DNA from: an uncultured Planctomycetota bacterium
Lineage (GTDB): Bacteria; Planctomycetota; Planctomycetia; Isosphaerales; Isosphaeraceae
Assembly (NCBI GenBank): GCA_963737655.1
Contig: CAVTTN010000002.1
Span: 5,664,001-5,728,000 of the forward strand
Length of the DNA stretch: 64,000 nucleotides
Direction of reading: 5' to 3'
Position numbers and translations under genes: made by a program. The notes under the pieces are model-generated. The model searched no databases. It saw only the letters and a list, made by a program, of their open reading frames with translations, and was not told the DNA's origin. This document shows positions 51,695 to 61,468 of this stretch, piece by piece. Every line of letters starts with the position of its first letter. Position 1 is the first letter of the stretch.

Positions 51695-53416
51695 GTGAGC
51701 ATTCACGTGGATTCCTCGCCCCGGGCCCCGGTCTCTCGGGGCTATCGCTGGGCCTCGGCCGGCGACGTCAACGCCTTCTTCGGTTTGATGCTGGACAACG
51801 TGGGCGACATGATCCTGATGGCCGGATTGCTCGTCGGCCTCTATGGGTTCCCCCGCGAGTTCGTCCTCACGAAGATGATCCCGGGGACGGCCGTCGGCGT
51901 GATGGTCGGCGACCTGATCTATACGTTCATGGCCTTCCGCCTGGCCAGGCGGACCGGCCGGGACGTCACCGCCATGCCGTTGGGGCTGGACACGCCGAGC
52001 ACGTTTGGCGCCGTCTTCCTGATCCTCGGCCCGGCGTTCGGCCACGCGACCGCCGCCCAGGCCGACGGCGGGCTCGGCCTCGCCCCGGAGGCGGCGGCCC
52101 GTCATGCGTGGTTCCTCGGGATCGCCATGATCTTTGCCTCGGGCGTGTTCAAGCTCCTCTGCGCGTTCGTCAGCGGGTGGGTCCGCCGCGCGGTGCCGAC
52201 GGCCGGCTTGCTCGGGTCCCTGGTGTCGATCGCCCTGGTGATCATCAGCTTCCTGCCTCTTCTCGACGTGGCGAGCCTCCCCGTGGCGGGCTTCGCGGCC
52301 CTGGCGGTGATCCTGGCGACGCTGACCGCCGGCTGGGAGATGCCGAAGAAGATCCCCGGGGCCCTGGCCGCCGTGGCGGTCGGCTGCGCGGCTTTGGGTC
52401 TCATGAATGGCGTCCACTGGCTCCTGAATCACTTCGCCGGGGCCCACCTGCCGATCGTCTGGTCCGAGTTCGCCCGGCCGAAGCTGGCCCTTCGGGCGTC
52501 GTTGCCGGTGCCGGTCCGGGAGTGGTGGGAGTGGTTCCGCGTTCATGGGTCGGAGGCCGTGAGCTACCTGCCCGTGGCCATCCCCCTGGCCCTGGCGACG
52601 GTCGTCGGCGGGATCGACTGCGCCGAGAGCGCCGCCAGGGCCGGGGACGACTACCCCACCGGCCCGATCATCGCCGCCGAGGGCTTCGCCACGATCGTCG
52701 GAGGGGTCTTTGGCGGGGTGATCCAGTCCACGCCTTACATCGGCCATCCCGCCTACAAACAGATGGGTGCGCGTGCCGGATACACGTTGGCCACGGCGTT
52801 GTTCATCGGCGGGGCGGGGGTGTTCGGCTATTTCGAGTGGATCTTCTTCCTGATGCCCAAGGCGGTGGTCTTCCCGATCCTGATCTTCGTCGGCCTGGAA
52901 ATCACGGCGCAATCGTTCCGGGCGACGCCCCGGAAGCACTTCCCGGCGCTGGCCCTGGCGTGCGTCCCGGCCCTGGCGTACCTGGCCCGGGTGAACCTCG
53001 ATCAACTGCTGGTGCCGACCCCGGCGGGTTTCGCGTCGCTGAGGCCGGGGCCGGCGCACTGGGTGGAGACCGTCACGATCCTGGCCGGCGGGTTCATCGT
53101 GACGAGCCTGTTGTGGGGGACGGCCCTGGCGAAGCTGATCGACGGCAAGATGAAAGCGGCGGCCGGGACGTTCCTGCTCGGCTCGGCGTTCGCCCTGTTC
53201 GGGATCATCCACTCGCCGCTGCCCTCCGGGCCGATCCAGTGGCCCTGGGTCGTCATGAGGGAGGTCAGGAAGGAGAACCGAGCGGAGGCCGCGGCCTCGC
53301 AGACCCCCTACCACTGGGCCGCCGCGTATGCCCTGGTCGCCGGCGCCCTGCTCTTGATCGGAAAGACCGGCACGCCCCCCGCGCCCTCGCACGCGGAGGA
53401 ACCCCACGCGGTGTGA
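51695..53416 (+). CDS. NCS2-like (xanthine/uracil/vitamin C) permease
   Basis: GDVNAFFGL..DN, TAMPLGLDTPS, ESA..AGD.Y, YIGHPAYK.MGAR.GY. Confidence 0.85.
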   Translation: MSIHVDSSPRAPVSRGYRWASAGDVNAFFGLMLDNVGDMILMAGLLVGLYGFPREFVLTKMIPGTAVGVMVGDLIYTFMAFRLARRTGRDVTAMPLGLDTPSTFGAVFLILGPAFGHATAAQADGGLGLAPEAAARHAWFLGIAMIFASGVFKLLCAFVSGWVRRAVPTAGLLGSLVSIALVIISFLPLLDVASLPVAGFAALAVILATLTAGWEMPKKIPGALAAVAVGCAALGLMNGVHWLLNHFAGAHLPIVWSEFARPKLALRASLPVPVREWWEWFRVHGSEAVSYLPVAIPLALATVVGGIDCAESAARAGDDYPTGPIIAAEGFATIVGGVFGGVIQSTPYIGHPAYKQMGARAGYTLATALFIGGAGVFGYFEWIFFLMPKAVVFPILIFVGLEITAQSFRATPRKHFPALALACVPALAYLARVNLDQLLVPTPAGFASLRPGPAHWVETVTILAGGFIVTSLLWGTALAKLIDGKMKAAAGTFLLGSAFALFGIIHSPLPSGPIQWPWVVMREVRKENRAEAAASQTPYHWAAAYALVAGALLLIGKTGTPPAPSHAEEPHAV

Positions 53417-53533
53417 GGGCGGCTCCGCCCGCCCGCGAGACGGCGTTGTGGGGCCGAGGGCGGTGGGGTTAGCATGAGGGGCGAGGGGGTCGGGACGGTT
53501 GGCCCCGCTTCCCCTCGCCGGAGCCCGTCGCCG

Positions 53534-54607
53534 ATGCCGCCTCTCTCGCGAATTCGCCTCCTCTTGCTCGTCGCCGGAGGGCTGATCGCCTCCGGGTGCT
53601 CCCCCTCGGGCCCGGCCTCGCCTCCGTCGGCGGCCCCCCCCGGCCCGGGGCCGTCGTCGTCGGCGCCTCCGCCGACGGCCGGGCCCGTCGCCGAGGCGCA
53701 GAAGGCCATCCAGGCGGGCCACCCGGATCAGGCCGTGACGCTTTTGGAAGCGGTCTTGAAGGACCATCCCGAGGATCGCGCGGCCCTGGCCCTCCTCGGC
53801 CTGGCCACCCAGCGCCAGGCGGCGAAGCTCGTCCAGGCCGGGGACGCCCCGGGGGCCTCGGCGGCCTTCGCCCGGTCGGCCGAGGTCATGAAGACCCTCC
53901 GGGAACGCCACGCCCCGCTGAACCCCGCCGAATCTCAGATCCTCGCCCAGTCCCTGTACAACCTCGCCTGCACCCTGGCCCTGGCCGGCAAGCCCGACCT
54001 CGCCATGACCGAGCTCCGCGCGGCCCTTGATGCCGGGTTCCGGGAAATCCCGATTCTCGATGGCGATAAGGACCTCGACTCGCTCCGCGATCGACCCGAT
54101 TTCCTCGCCTTGAGGAAGTCGCTGGACGTCCAGGGGATCGCCCGCCTCCTCGCCGCCAACCGGCCGTTCCCGTTCTCGTTCGACCTGATCGACGTCGAGG
54201 GCAAGCCGCTCTCCCTGGCGGACCTGAAGGGCAAGGTGGTGGTCGTCGATTTCTGGGGGACGTGGTGCCCGCCCTGCCGCCGCGAAATCCCCCACCTCGT
54301 CGCGATCGCCAACAAGTACCGAGACCGCGGGCTCGAAATCGTCGGGATCGCCGACGAGAAGGTGCCCGAGGCGCAGAGGACCGCAAAGGTCGTCGCCTTC
54401 GCGAAGGAGGAAAAGATCCCCTACCGCCTCGTCCTCGGCAACGACAAGACCCGCGAGCAGGTCCCCGAATGGCAAGGCTGGCCGACCACCCTGTTCCTCG
54501 ACCGCAAGGGGGAAGTCCGCGCCCGGATCTCCGGCTTCGGCGACGGAGACGAGGTTTTGATCGAGGAACTGGTCAAGACCTTGCTGGACGAGGGCACAAA
54601 ATCGTGA
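53534..54607 (+). CDS. TlpA family thiol:disulfide oxidoreductase lipoprotein with TPR region
   Basis: Lipobox IASGC, YNLAC...D.DLDSLR, VDFWGTWCPPCR.EIP, PTT.FLD. Confidence 0.88.
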   Translation: MPPLSRIRLLLLVAGGLIASGCSPSGPASPPSAAPPGPGPSSSAPPPTAGPVAEAQKAIQAGHPDQAVTLLEAVLKDHPEDRAALALLGLATQRQAAKLVQAGDAPGASAAFARSAEVMKTLRERHAPLNPAESQILAQSLYNLACTLALAGKPDLAMTELRAALDAGFREIPILDGDKDLDSLRDRPDFLALRKSLDVQGIARLLAANRPFPFSFDLIDVEGKPLSLADLKGKVVVVDFWGTWCPPCRREIPHLVAIANKYRDRGLEIVGIADEKVPEAQRTAKVVAFAKEEKIPYRLVLGNDKTREQVPEWQGWPTTLFLDRKGEVRARISGFGDGDEVLIEELVKTLLDEGTKS

Positions 54608-54717
54608 GCACCGCCTCGGCCGAGCCCGACGCCCGGACGATCGCCGACCTGCTCGCCGACCTCGGCGACGTCCCGGCGAGCCGGGTCCGCCTCCGTCCCT
54701 GGCCCGGGACCGCCACC
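54604..54717 (+). pseudogene. N-terminal remnant of a Uma2-family gene
   Basis: TIADLLADLGDVPASRVRLRPWPGTAT, then abrupt loss of similarity. Confidence 0.65.
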
Positions 54718-54771
54718 GGGCAGGGCCAGGAGGTCTTCGGGGGTGAGGGCGGGCGTGGCCTCGGCGTTCAT
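54715..54771 (-). pseudogene. N-terminal remnant of a second, convergent Uma2-family gene
   Basis: MNAEATPALTPEDLLALP with a GGAGG RBS upstream. Confidence 0.55.
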
Positions 54772-54848
54772 GACTCGGCCTCCGCGGTCCGGGCGTCTCG
54801 ATGAGTCGGTGACTTCGGGTTCGATTCTATCCGAATCCTGCCGACCGA

Positions 54849-55739
54849 TCACGACCGGGGGGCCCTCTTGCCGGGGACCGACGCGCCCCAGCCGAGCTTG
54901 TCGCGGAGGGTCCGGTAGAACGTGTGGCCGGGCAGGCGGATCATCGGGAACGGCCGAGGGCCTCGGCGGATCGTCACCCGGTCGTCGCGCTCCATCGGGA
55001 TCTGCACCTGGCCGTCGATCACCAGATAGGTCGAATCGTCGGGATTCGGCGAGTCGAGCTCCAGGGCCTTGTGGGTGCTCTCCACCAGGGGCCTCTGCGT
55101 CAGGGTGTGCGGGCAGATCGGCGTGACGACGAACATGTGAGCATCGGGGGGGAGGATCGGCCCGCCGGCCGAGAGGCTGTGCGCCGTCGATCCCACGGGG
55201 GTGGCGACGATCAGGCCGTCTCCGCGATAGGTCATCACGCATTCGCCGTCGATCGACAGGCCGATCTCCAGCAGGTGGAACGACGGGGCGGCCCTCAGGA
55301 CGACGTCATTCAGGGCGCGGAAGTGCCGGGCCCGGCCGTTCCGGCCGATCAGGGTGGCGTCGATCGTCATGAGGTTATCGACGGTGAACCGGCGGGCGGC
55401 CAGGTCGGCGAGCCTCTCGATCAGGCCGTCGGTGTCGAGGTCGGCGAGGAAGCCGAGCCAGCCGAGGTTCACGCCGAGGACCGGGATCGGCCGGTCCCCC
55501 ATCCTCCGGGCGGTGTGGAGGACCGTGCCGTCTCCGCCGAGGACAAACGCGATGTCGGCGGCGAGGCCGGAGAGGTCGCTCTCGGCGCCGAGGTCGATGT
55601 CCGTGACGCGGAGGCCCGGATGCTCGTTCATGGCCATGGCGATCCGGTCGGCGGCGGCCGGGACGTTCGTCTTGGTCCCGTTGCCGAGGATGGCGACGGC
55701 CAGCGAGTGGGGCGAGGAGGCATCGGACGGCGTGGTCAT
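54849..55739 (-). CDS. nadK: NAD kinase
   Basis: GGDGT, GVNLG.LGFL, ALND, DGLIVATPVGSTAHSLSAGGP. Confidence 0.95.
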   Translation of the reverse strand: MTTPSDASSPHSLAVAILGNGTKTNVPAAADRIAMAMNEHPGLRVTDIDLGAESDLSGLAADIAFVLGGDGTVLHTARRMGDRPIPVLGVNLGWLGFLADLDTDGLIERLADLAARRFTVDNLMTIDATLIGRNGRARHFRALNDVVLRAAPSFHLLEIGLSIDGECVMTYRGDGLIVATPVGSTAHSLSAGGPILPPDAHMFVVTPICPHTLTQRPLVESTHKALELDSPNPDDSTYLVIDGQVQIPMERDDRVTIRRGPRPFPMIRLPGHTFYRTLRDKLGWGASVPGKRAPRS

Positions 55740-55986
55740 GGGGCGTCCTGACCGTCGGGCGCGAGGAGTCGGCTCGTCGGCGAGCCTACGAGGGCCGCGC
55801 CCCCTCCGTCAACGGCGTGCCCCTGGGGTCGGAGGGAATCCCCCGTCCGCCTCGCCTTGTCGAACCGGGGGATCTCGGGTAAGTTCCGGCGAGGTTTCCC
55901 CTCGATGGATCGAGGGGCCCGGCCGCCTTGAAGAAGGATTCGGGCGGCGGGGCGAGAGGCCGGGCGGCGAGGGTCAGGAGGACGCG

Positions 55987-57815
55987 ATGCCCGAGGCATC
56001 GACCGCGACATCATCATCCGTCGAGACGCGTCCGAGGCTCGGGGGCCGCGGGCCCGAGGTCGTCCTGGCGCTCCTGGCGGCCCTCGTCTTCGTCTCCAGC
56101 CTCGGCTCGGCCGACCTCTGGGGCAAGCGCGAGCAGAGGGCCTCGGCCGAGGCTTTGGACACCGTCGAGAACAACAACTGGCTGATCGCCTACATCCAGT
56201 GCCGCAAGAGGCTGGAGAAGCCCCCCCTGCCCCGATGGACCATCGCCTCGTTGATGGCCGTCTCCGGCCGGAGCGACGAGTGGGTCGTCCGTCTGCCCAG
56301 CGCCCTGTCGGCCCTGGGGATGGTGGGGCTGGTGTACGGGCTGGGCCGCCGCCTGGGAGGCCGGCCCGCCGGGCTGGCCTCGGGCCTGGCCATGACGTCG
56401 TTGATCTACTTCATCGTCGAGACCCGCCAGGCCGGCAACGACGGCCCCCTGGCGTTCTTCACGACCCTGGCGATCTATGCCGGGTTCCGCCGCCTCCACG
56501 GGGGACCCGCCGACTCGCCCTATGAGCCCCCGGCCGATCGTCCGGGGTCGAAGGGCTGGGCCGTGGCGATGTTCGGGGCGTTGGGCCTGGGCTTCCTGAG
56601 CAAGGGGCCGGTGGTCCTGATCCTCTGGGCCGTGGCCGTGATCCCGTACCTGATCACGGCCGGGAGGCTGAAGGCCGGATCTCGGGCCCTGTTCAGCGGC
56701 TGGGGATTGCTCGCGTTCGTCCTCCTGGCGATGAGCTGGCCGGTGGCCGTCTTGCTGAATGATCCCAAGGCCCTGGAGATCTGGAAGCTGGAGATGGGCC
56801 AGAAGGCCGGGACGGCCGGGATCAAGCACCATCGCGAGCGATTGCTCGCCCTGGAATGGCCGATGATGACCGCCCCCTGGACCTTGCTCGCCACCTGGGC
56901 GGCCGTCATGCCGTTTTTGGGCCGGGCGAAGGGGATGAGGGCGCGTCTGTGGCTGCCGTGGTCGTGGGCCGTGGGCAACCTCGCCATGTTCTGCCTGTGG
57001 AGCGTGGCGAAGCCGAATTATTTCCTGCCGTGCCTGCCGGGCGTGGCCCTGCTGATCGGCCTGGACTGGGTCCGCCTGACCCGCGCCGCCCGCCAGGCGA
57101 AGGGCGGGGCGGCGAGCCGGGCGTTCTTGAGGGTCCACTGGATCGGCCTGGCCGTGGTGGCCGTGGCCGGTCCGGTCGTGGCGTCGAAGAAGCTCGGGCC
57201 GAGGCCCTGGCGCCGGCCCTGCTCGCCTCGGCGGCCCTGCTCTCGGGCGTGATCCTGAGCTATCGGGCCTGGAGACGGGGCGGAGACGCCGGGGCCCTGG
57301 CGCCGATCGTCGCCGGGGTCGCCGCGGCCATCGCCGTGGGCTACGGATTCATCCTCCCGGCCTTCAACTCCACCCACAGCCACCGCGTCCTGGCCCAGAG
57401 GATCGACCGCACCCTCCCGGCCGACGCCAAAACCGTCATGTTCTTCCGCGAGCTGGACGAAGGGCTCTGGTTCTATCTCCGAGACCGCACTTTGGCCCCC
57501 GTCCCCGGCAGCCAGCCGGCGTATAACAAGGACATCGACCTTGTGGACGCCTTCAAGAACAACACCCTGATCTGGGACGCCCCGACCCGGATCGCCCGCG
57601 AGCGGCAGATCCTGGTAGACTGGATGAAGGCGGCCGACCACGCCTCCCCCTACGTCCTCGTCCGGGCGAAGGTGTACGACCTGTTCCAGCCCGGCCTGGA
57701 CGAGTGGGCCGAGCCGGTCTTCCGCGAGCAGGGGCTGGGGAGGAACGAGGTCATCCTCCTCCGGGTCCGCGAATCGGGGAAGGTCGCCGCGAAGGCCGCG
57801 CCGGAGACTCGCTGA
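55987..57815 (+). CDS. ArnT family glycosyltransferase; frameshift near 57200
   Basis: LW..RE.R, R.EKPPL, VRLPSA, KGP, K..Y.LP..P. Confidence 0.85.
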
Positions 57816-57816
57816 G

Positions 57817-58233
57817 ATGCCCACCGTCATCCTCGAAGGCCCGACCTACGAGCAGTCCGAGGACCCGGACCCGGACTTCCTCCGCCGGATCGTCGTCGAA
57901 CTGCCCGACGACTACTGGGGCCGGGGCTACGGCGGGGCGATCCTCACCTTCACCGGCAAGGTCGCCGAGAACCAGATGATCGTCCAGCCGAATGAGGAAT
58001 TCGGCATCTATCTGAAGGTCTTCGGCGAGGGATTCGACTGGCTCTCGCTGGCCGATCGCTCACGGCTGGGCGAGATCACCACCTGCTGCCACGACTGGGA
58101 AGCCTCCGTCGGCCTGTTCCTGCCTCCGGAGGCCGCCTGGACGGCCATCGAGGCATTCTGCCGGACCGGCGAGCGCTCCCCGGCCGTGGAATGGGTGAAG
58201 TCCACCGACATGCCGGCGGAAAGCAACTGGTAG
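57817..58233 (+). CDS. Imm1-like immunity protein
   Basis: Acidic 138 aa protein; C-terminal LFLP.E.AW.AIE.FCRTGERSP.VEW. Confidence 0.6.
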   Translation: MPTVILEGPTYEQSEDPDPDFLRRIVVELPDDYWGRGYGGAILTFTGKVAENQMIVQPNEEFGIYLKVFGEGFDWLSLADRSRLGEITTCCHDWEASVGLFLPPEAAWTAIEAFCRTGERSPAVEWVKSTDMPAESNW

Positions 58234-58263
58234 GGCGCGGCTCCGCCGAACCGATCCCGCCCG

Positions 58264-58373
58264 GATTCACCACGAAGCCACGAAGGGCACGGAGGCAGAC
58301 ACGAAGAGGAGGGCTATCCCCTGCCTTCTTCTTGGTGTCCGCCTCCGTGCCCTTCGTGGCTTCGTGGCGAATC
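58264..58373. repeat. TTCACCAC/CACGAAG long-palindrome element, copy C (overlaps the 3' end of the M28 gene)
   Basis: GATTCACCACGAAGCCACGAAGGGCACGGAGGC ... GCCTCCGTGCCCTTCGTGGCTTCGTGGCGAATC. Confidence 0.85.
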
Positions 58374-59978
58374 GCCCGAGGCCGGCAGCCGCGCCTGGTC
58401 GCCCTCCTCCCGGCCCGGTCCGGCCAGGGGCACCAGCGCGAGCATCATCAGGGCCGTCGGCAGGCTCGCGGCGATCGGCAGGCTCGGGCCCAGGGCGTCG
58501 CAGAGCGAGAGGATGGTCGTCGGCATCAGGAGGAGGACGGGCAACGTGCCGACCATCGCCGCGACCCGTCCCGCCGGGCGGTCCGGCCCCGCGAGCCCGC
58601 CGATCCCCATCGCCCCGAACCCGAACAGCGACGGCCAGACGCCCAGGTAACTCCCCCCGGGCAGGAGGAGGGCCGTCGCCACCGCCAGGAGGAGCCACCA
58701 GAGCAGGCCTCCGAACGCCAGGTTCGCGGGACGGACCCACCGCCTCGCCAGGATCAGGAACATCCCGGCCACGACCCCCGCCGCGACCGCCAGCCCCAGG
58801 GCCCGGGGCGGCCCTTCGCCGCGAGACTTCAACGGCGGCAGCAGGTAGGTCGACGAGGCCCAGCCGATCGCCATCGCCAGGCCCATCGCCGAAAGCCCCG
58901 CCACGGCCCCCGAAATCAGCCCCGGGGCCGTCAAGCCGGACCTCTTCAATCCCAGCCAGCCCACCGCGCCGGCCAGGACCACCGCCGCGACCGCCAGGGG
59001 GACCACCCACGAACCCGGATACACGACGAGATGGCCCCCCGCCACCGCGAAATAGACCGCGTCGGGCTCCCTCGGCACGTCCTCCAGGTCGAGCGACCCG
59101 AACCGCCGGGTCAACTCCAGGGCGTAATCGCCGTGGTGCTGGAGGCTCCCGCGATCGAGGTTCCCGGGCGAGTCGCTCGGCTGGTGGTAATTCTCGACGC
59201 CCCCGACGAACGCGAAATTCAGGCCCGGCAGGCCCACGGCCTTGAAGTGGGTCAGGTCCGTGTTGTTGGGCATCATCTTGTAGACGGCGTAGGTCAGGCT
59301 CGTGGCGATCGGCCGGTCGGCCGCCGAGGCGAACTGGCGGATCAGCCAGCCGTTCCGGTCGCTGGTCTCGAACATGAACGACGGCCCGCGATCCCCCCGG
59401 GCCTCGAAGTTCAGGACCACCCCCACGCGGTCGGTCCACGCCCGATCCTCGCAAAAGGCGCGGGAGCCGCCGAGGTCCACCTCCTCGCGATCGGTGATCA
59501 GGGCGATCACGTCGCGATCGATCGGGCCGCCGGCCTTCAGGGCGCGGAGGGCCTCCAAAATCGCCGCGACCCCGGCCGCGTCATCCCCCGCGCCCGGGCC
59601 CTCCTTGACCGAATCGTAATGAGCCGCGAGCAGGACCGCTTTCTTCCCCGGGGGGCCGGTCCCGCGGAGGACGCCCAGGATGTTCTTGACCCCCCGATCG
59701 GCACGTTCCTGGACCGTCGGCGCCATCCCCAGCCGATCGAGCTCGTCCAGGAGATATCTTCGGACCTTCGCCGCCGCCTCCGACCCCGACGGATGGGCCT
59801 CCGAGGCGATCTGGCGGACCGTCTCCATCGCCCGATCGGCCGAGGCGCGATCGGCCGGGGCGTCCGGGCCCCGAGGAGCCGGCGGCCTCTGCTCGACGAC
59901 CGCCACGCCTCCGACGAGCAGGGCCCAGCCGAAGGAGATCGCGAGCCACATCCGGGAAGACCGTCGCGAAGCGACCAT
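58314..59978 (-). CDS. M28 family metallopeptidase with multi-TM C-terminus
   Basis: AHYDSV..GPGAGDD, TDREE, NFEARG, PNNTD, YH..SD. Confidence 0.9.
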   Translation of the reverse strand: MVASRRSSRMWLAISFGWALLVGGVAVVEQRPPAPRGPDAPADRASADRAMETVRQIASEAHPSGSEAAAKVRRYLLDELDRLGMAPTVQERADRGVKNILGVLRGTGPPGKKAVLLAAHYDSVKEGPGAGDDAAGVAAILEALRALKAGGPIDRDVIALITDREEVDLGGSRAFCEDRAWTDRVGVVLNFEARGDRGPSFMFETSDRNGWLIRQFASAADRPIATSLTYAVYKMMPNNTDLTHFKAVGLPGLNFAFVGGVENYHQPSDSPGNLDRGSLQHHGDYALELTRRFGSLDLEDVPREPDAVYFAVAGGHLVVYPGSWVVPLAVAAVVLAGAVGWLGLKRSGLTAPGLISGAVAGLSAMGLAMAIGWASSTYLLPPLKSRGEGPPRALGLAVAAGVVAGMFLILARRWVRPANLAFGGLLWWLLLAVATALLLPGGSYLGVWPSLFGFGAMGIGGLAGPDRPAGRVAAMVGTLPVLLLMPTTILSLCDALGPSLPIAASLPTALMMLALVPLAGPGREEGDQARLPASGDSPRSHEGHGGGHQEEGRG

Positions 59979-60223
59979 CCGACGAGTCCCTCCGAATCCC
60001 CCACGACCTTGAGGCGTGGGCGCGGAACGCCATGATCCAGGAACGGCCGGAGGACCGCAAGCGCCCGGACCTCGTCGTCGGGTCCGAAAATGGCGAGGGC
60101 CCGGGCCCGGAGGCTAGGCGGGGGCCTCGGGCCTCTGTTATCCTTCTTGCCCCGAAGTCGTGGCGATTTCGGGCCCGCCAACCCGCGCTTCCCCGTCCCG
60201 CTTGCTCGGAAAGGCGGCCCGCC

Positions 60224-61156
60224 GTGACGCCGACCTCGCTGAACAAGGCGACGAGCAGCCTCCTGGCCACCGCCTGCGCGGCCGGTCCCGACCTCGGCGC
60301 CTCGGCCGTCCTGCTCCTGCCCGAGGGCCCGATGGACTGGGAGGCCGTCAAGGAAGCCGCCGGGGAGGTCCGCCTGCTCGTCGCCACGCCCTCGGACAAG
60401 GCCCGGGCCGCCGCCGTCTCCGCCGGGTTGATCGGCCTGGAGGTCGAGCCCACCGACGCCTCGATCGCCGAGAGGATCACCCTGGCGTTGATCCAGGCCG
60501 TCGCCGACGACCATCTGAAGGCGGGGGCGCGGGTCGTCGTGGTCTACTCCGGCTTCGAGGCCGAGACGCTCGACTCGATCACCGTCGTCCGCCTGGGCGA
60601 GCACCTCGAACGCCTGACCTCGCGAGACCTCCGCGCCCTGGAGACCAGCGTCCCGTTCGAGACGCTCAAGGCCGTCGTCGACATCGCCGTGGAGATCGGC
60701 CGGGAGGGCCGCGAGGGCAAGGCCGTCGGCACCATGATCGTCGTCGGAGACGCCCGGGACGTCCTCGCCCGGTCCCGAACCCTGGGCTTCGACCCGTTCA
60801 AGGGATACCCCCGGAAAGTCCGCAACTTGCGCGATTTGCGCGTCCGCGAGGCGATCAAGGAGATCGCGCAGCTCGACGGCGCGTTCGTCGTCTCGCGAGA
60901 CGGGACGGTCGAGGCGGCCTGCCAGATCCTCGACGCCCCGACCACCGGCCTGACCCTGCCCAAGGGCCTGGGCACCCGCCACTGGACGGCCGCCGCGATC
61001 ACCAACATCACCTCGGCCCTGGCCGTCGTCGTCAGCCAGTCCACCGGCGCCGTCCGCCTCTTCCAAAGCGGCGAGATCGTCCTGAGGATCGCCCCGATGA
61101 GGCACGCCCGGGCGATGAAATGGATCGAAGAAGAAGTCGAGCACGCGCCGATGTAA
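60224..61156 (+). CDS. DisA_N/DAC-domain diadenylate cyclase with N-terminal regulatory domain (DacZ-like)
   Basis: EGREGK.VGT, KEIAQLDGAFVV, GLGTRH, VVSQSTG.V. Confidence 0.85.
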   Translation: MTPTSLNKATSSLLATACAAGPDLGASAVLLLPEGPMDWEAVKEAAGEVRLLVATPSDKARAAAVSAGLIGLEVEPTDASIAERITLALIQAVADDHLKAGARVVVVYSGFEAETLDSITVVRLGEHLERLTSRDLRALETSVPFETLKAVVDIAVEIGREGREGKAVGTMIVVGDARDVLARSRTLGFDPFKGYPRKVRNLRDLRVREAIKEIAQLDGAFVVSRDGTVEAACQILDAPTTGLTLPKGLGTRHWTAAAITNITSALAVVVSQSTGAVRLFQSGEIVLRIAPMRHARAMKWIEEEVEHAPM

Positions 61157-61193
61157 ACGTGGGCGAAGGCCGCCGAGACTCTTCCGGAGAAAA

Positions 61194-61314
61194 CCCGGGA
61201 GATTCACCACCAAGCCACCAGGAGCACGAAGGAAGACACAAAGGCGACGGGAATCCACCGGCTTCTTCGTGTCTTCCTTCGTGCTCCTGGTGGCTTGGTG
61301 GTGAATCTCCCGGG
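61194..61314. repeat. TTCACCAC/CACGAAG long-palindrome element, copy D
   Basis: CCCGGGAGATTCACCACCAAGCCACCAGGAGCACGAAGG and its inverse. Confidence 0.85.
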
Positions 61315-61327
61315 TCGGACTCCGAGG

Positions 61328-61468
61328 ATCTCTGTAGAAAACCCCGTTGAGAATGAGGAAACGAGTAGGTCCGACTTCAGTCGGGCCTACAAAACAAGAC
61401 CTTTTTGTAGGCCCGACTGAAGTCGGACCTACTCGTTTCCTCTCCATCCCCGGGTTTTCTACAGAGGA
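61328..61468. mobile_element. MITE-like unit with 15-bp IRs enclosing a GTAG REP doublet, flanked by a 9-bp direct repeat
   Basis: CTCTGTAGAAAACCC (61330-44) / GGGTTTTCTACAGAG (61452-66); internal GTAGGTCCGACTTCAGTCGGGCCTAC doublet; ACTCCGAGG at 61319-27 and 61469-77. Confidence 0.65.

Noticed and set aside
28379..61314. CRISPR array from recurring palindromic repeats
   Set aside because: Copies are dispersed inverted doublets, not direct repeats with spacers, and no cas genes are present.
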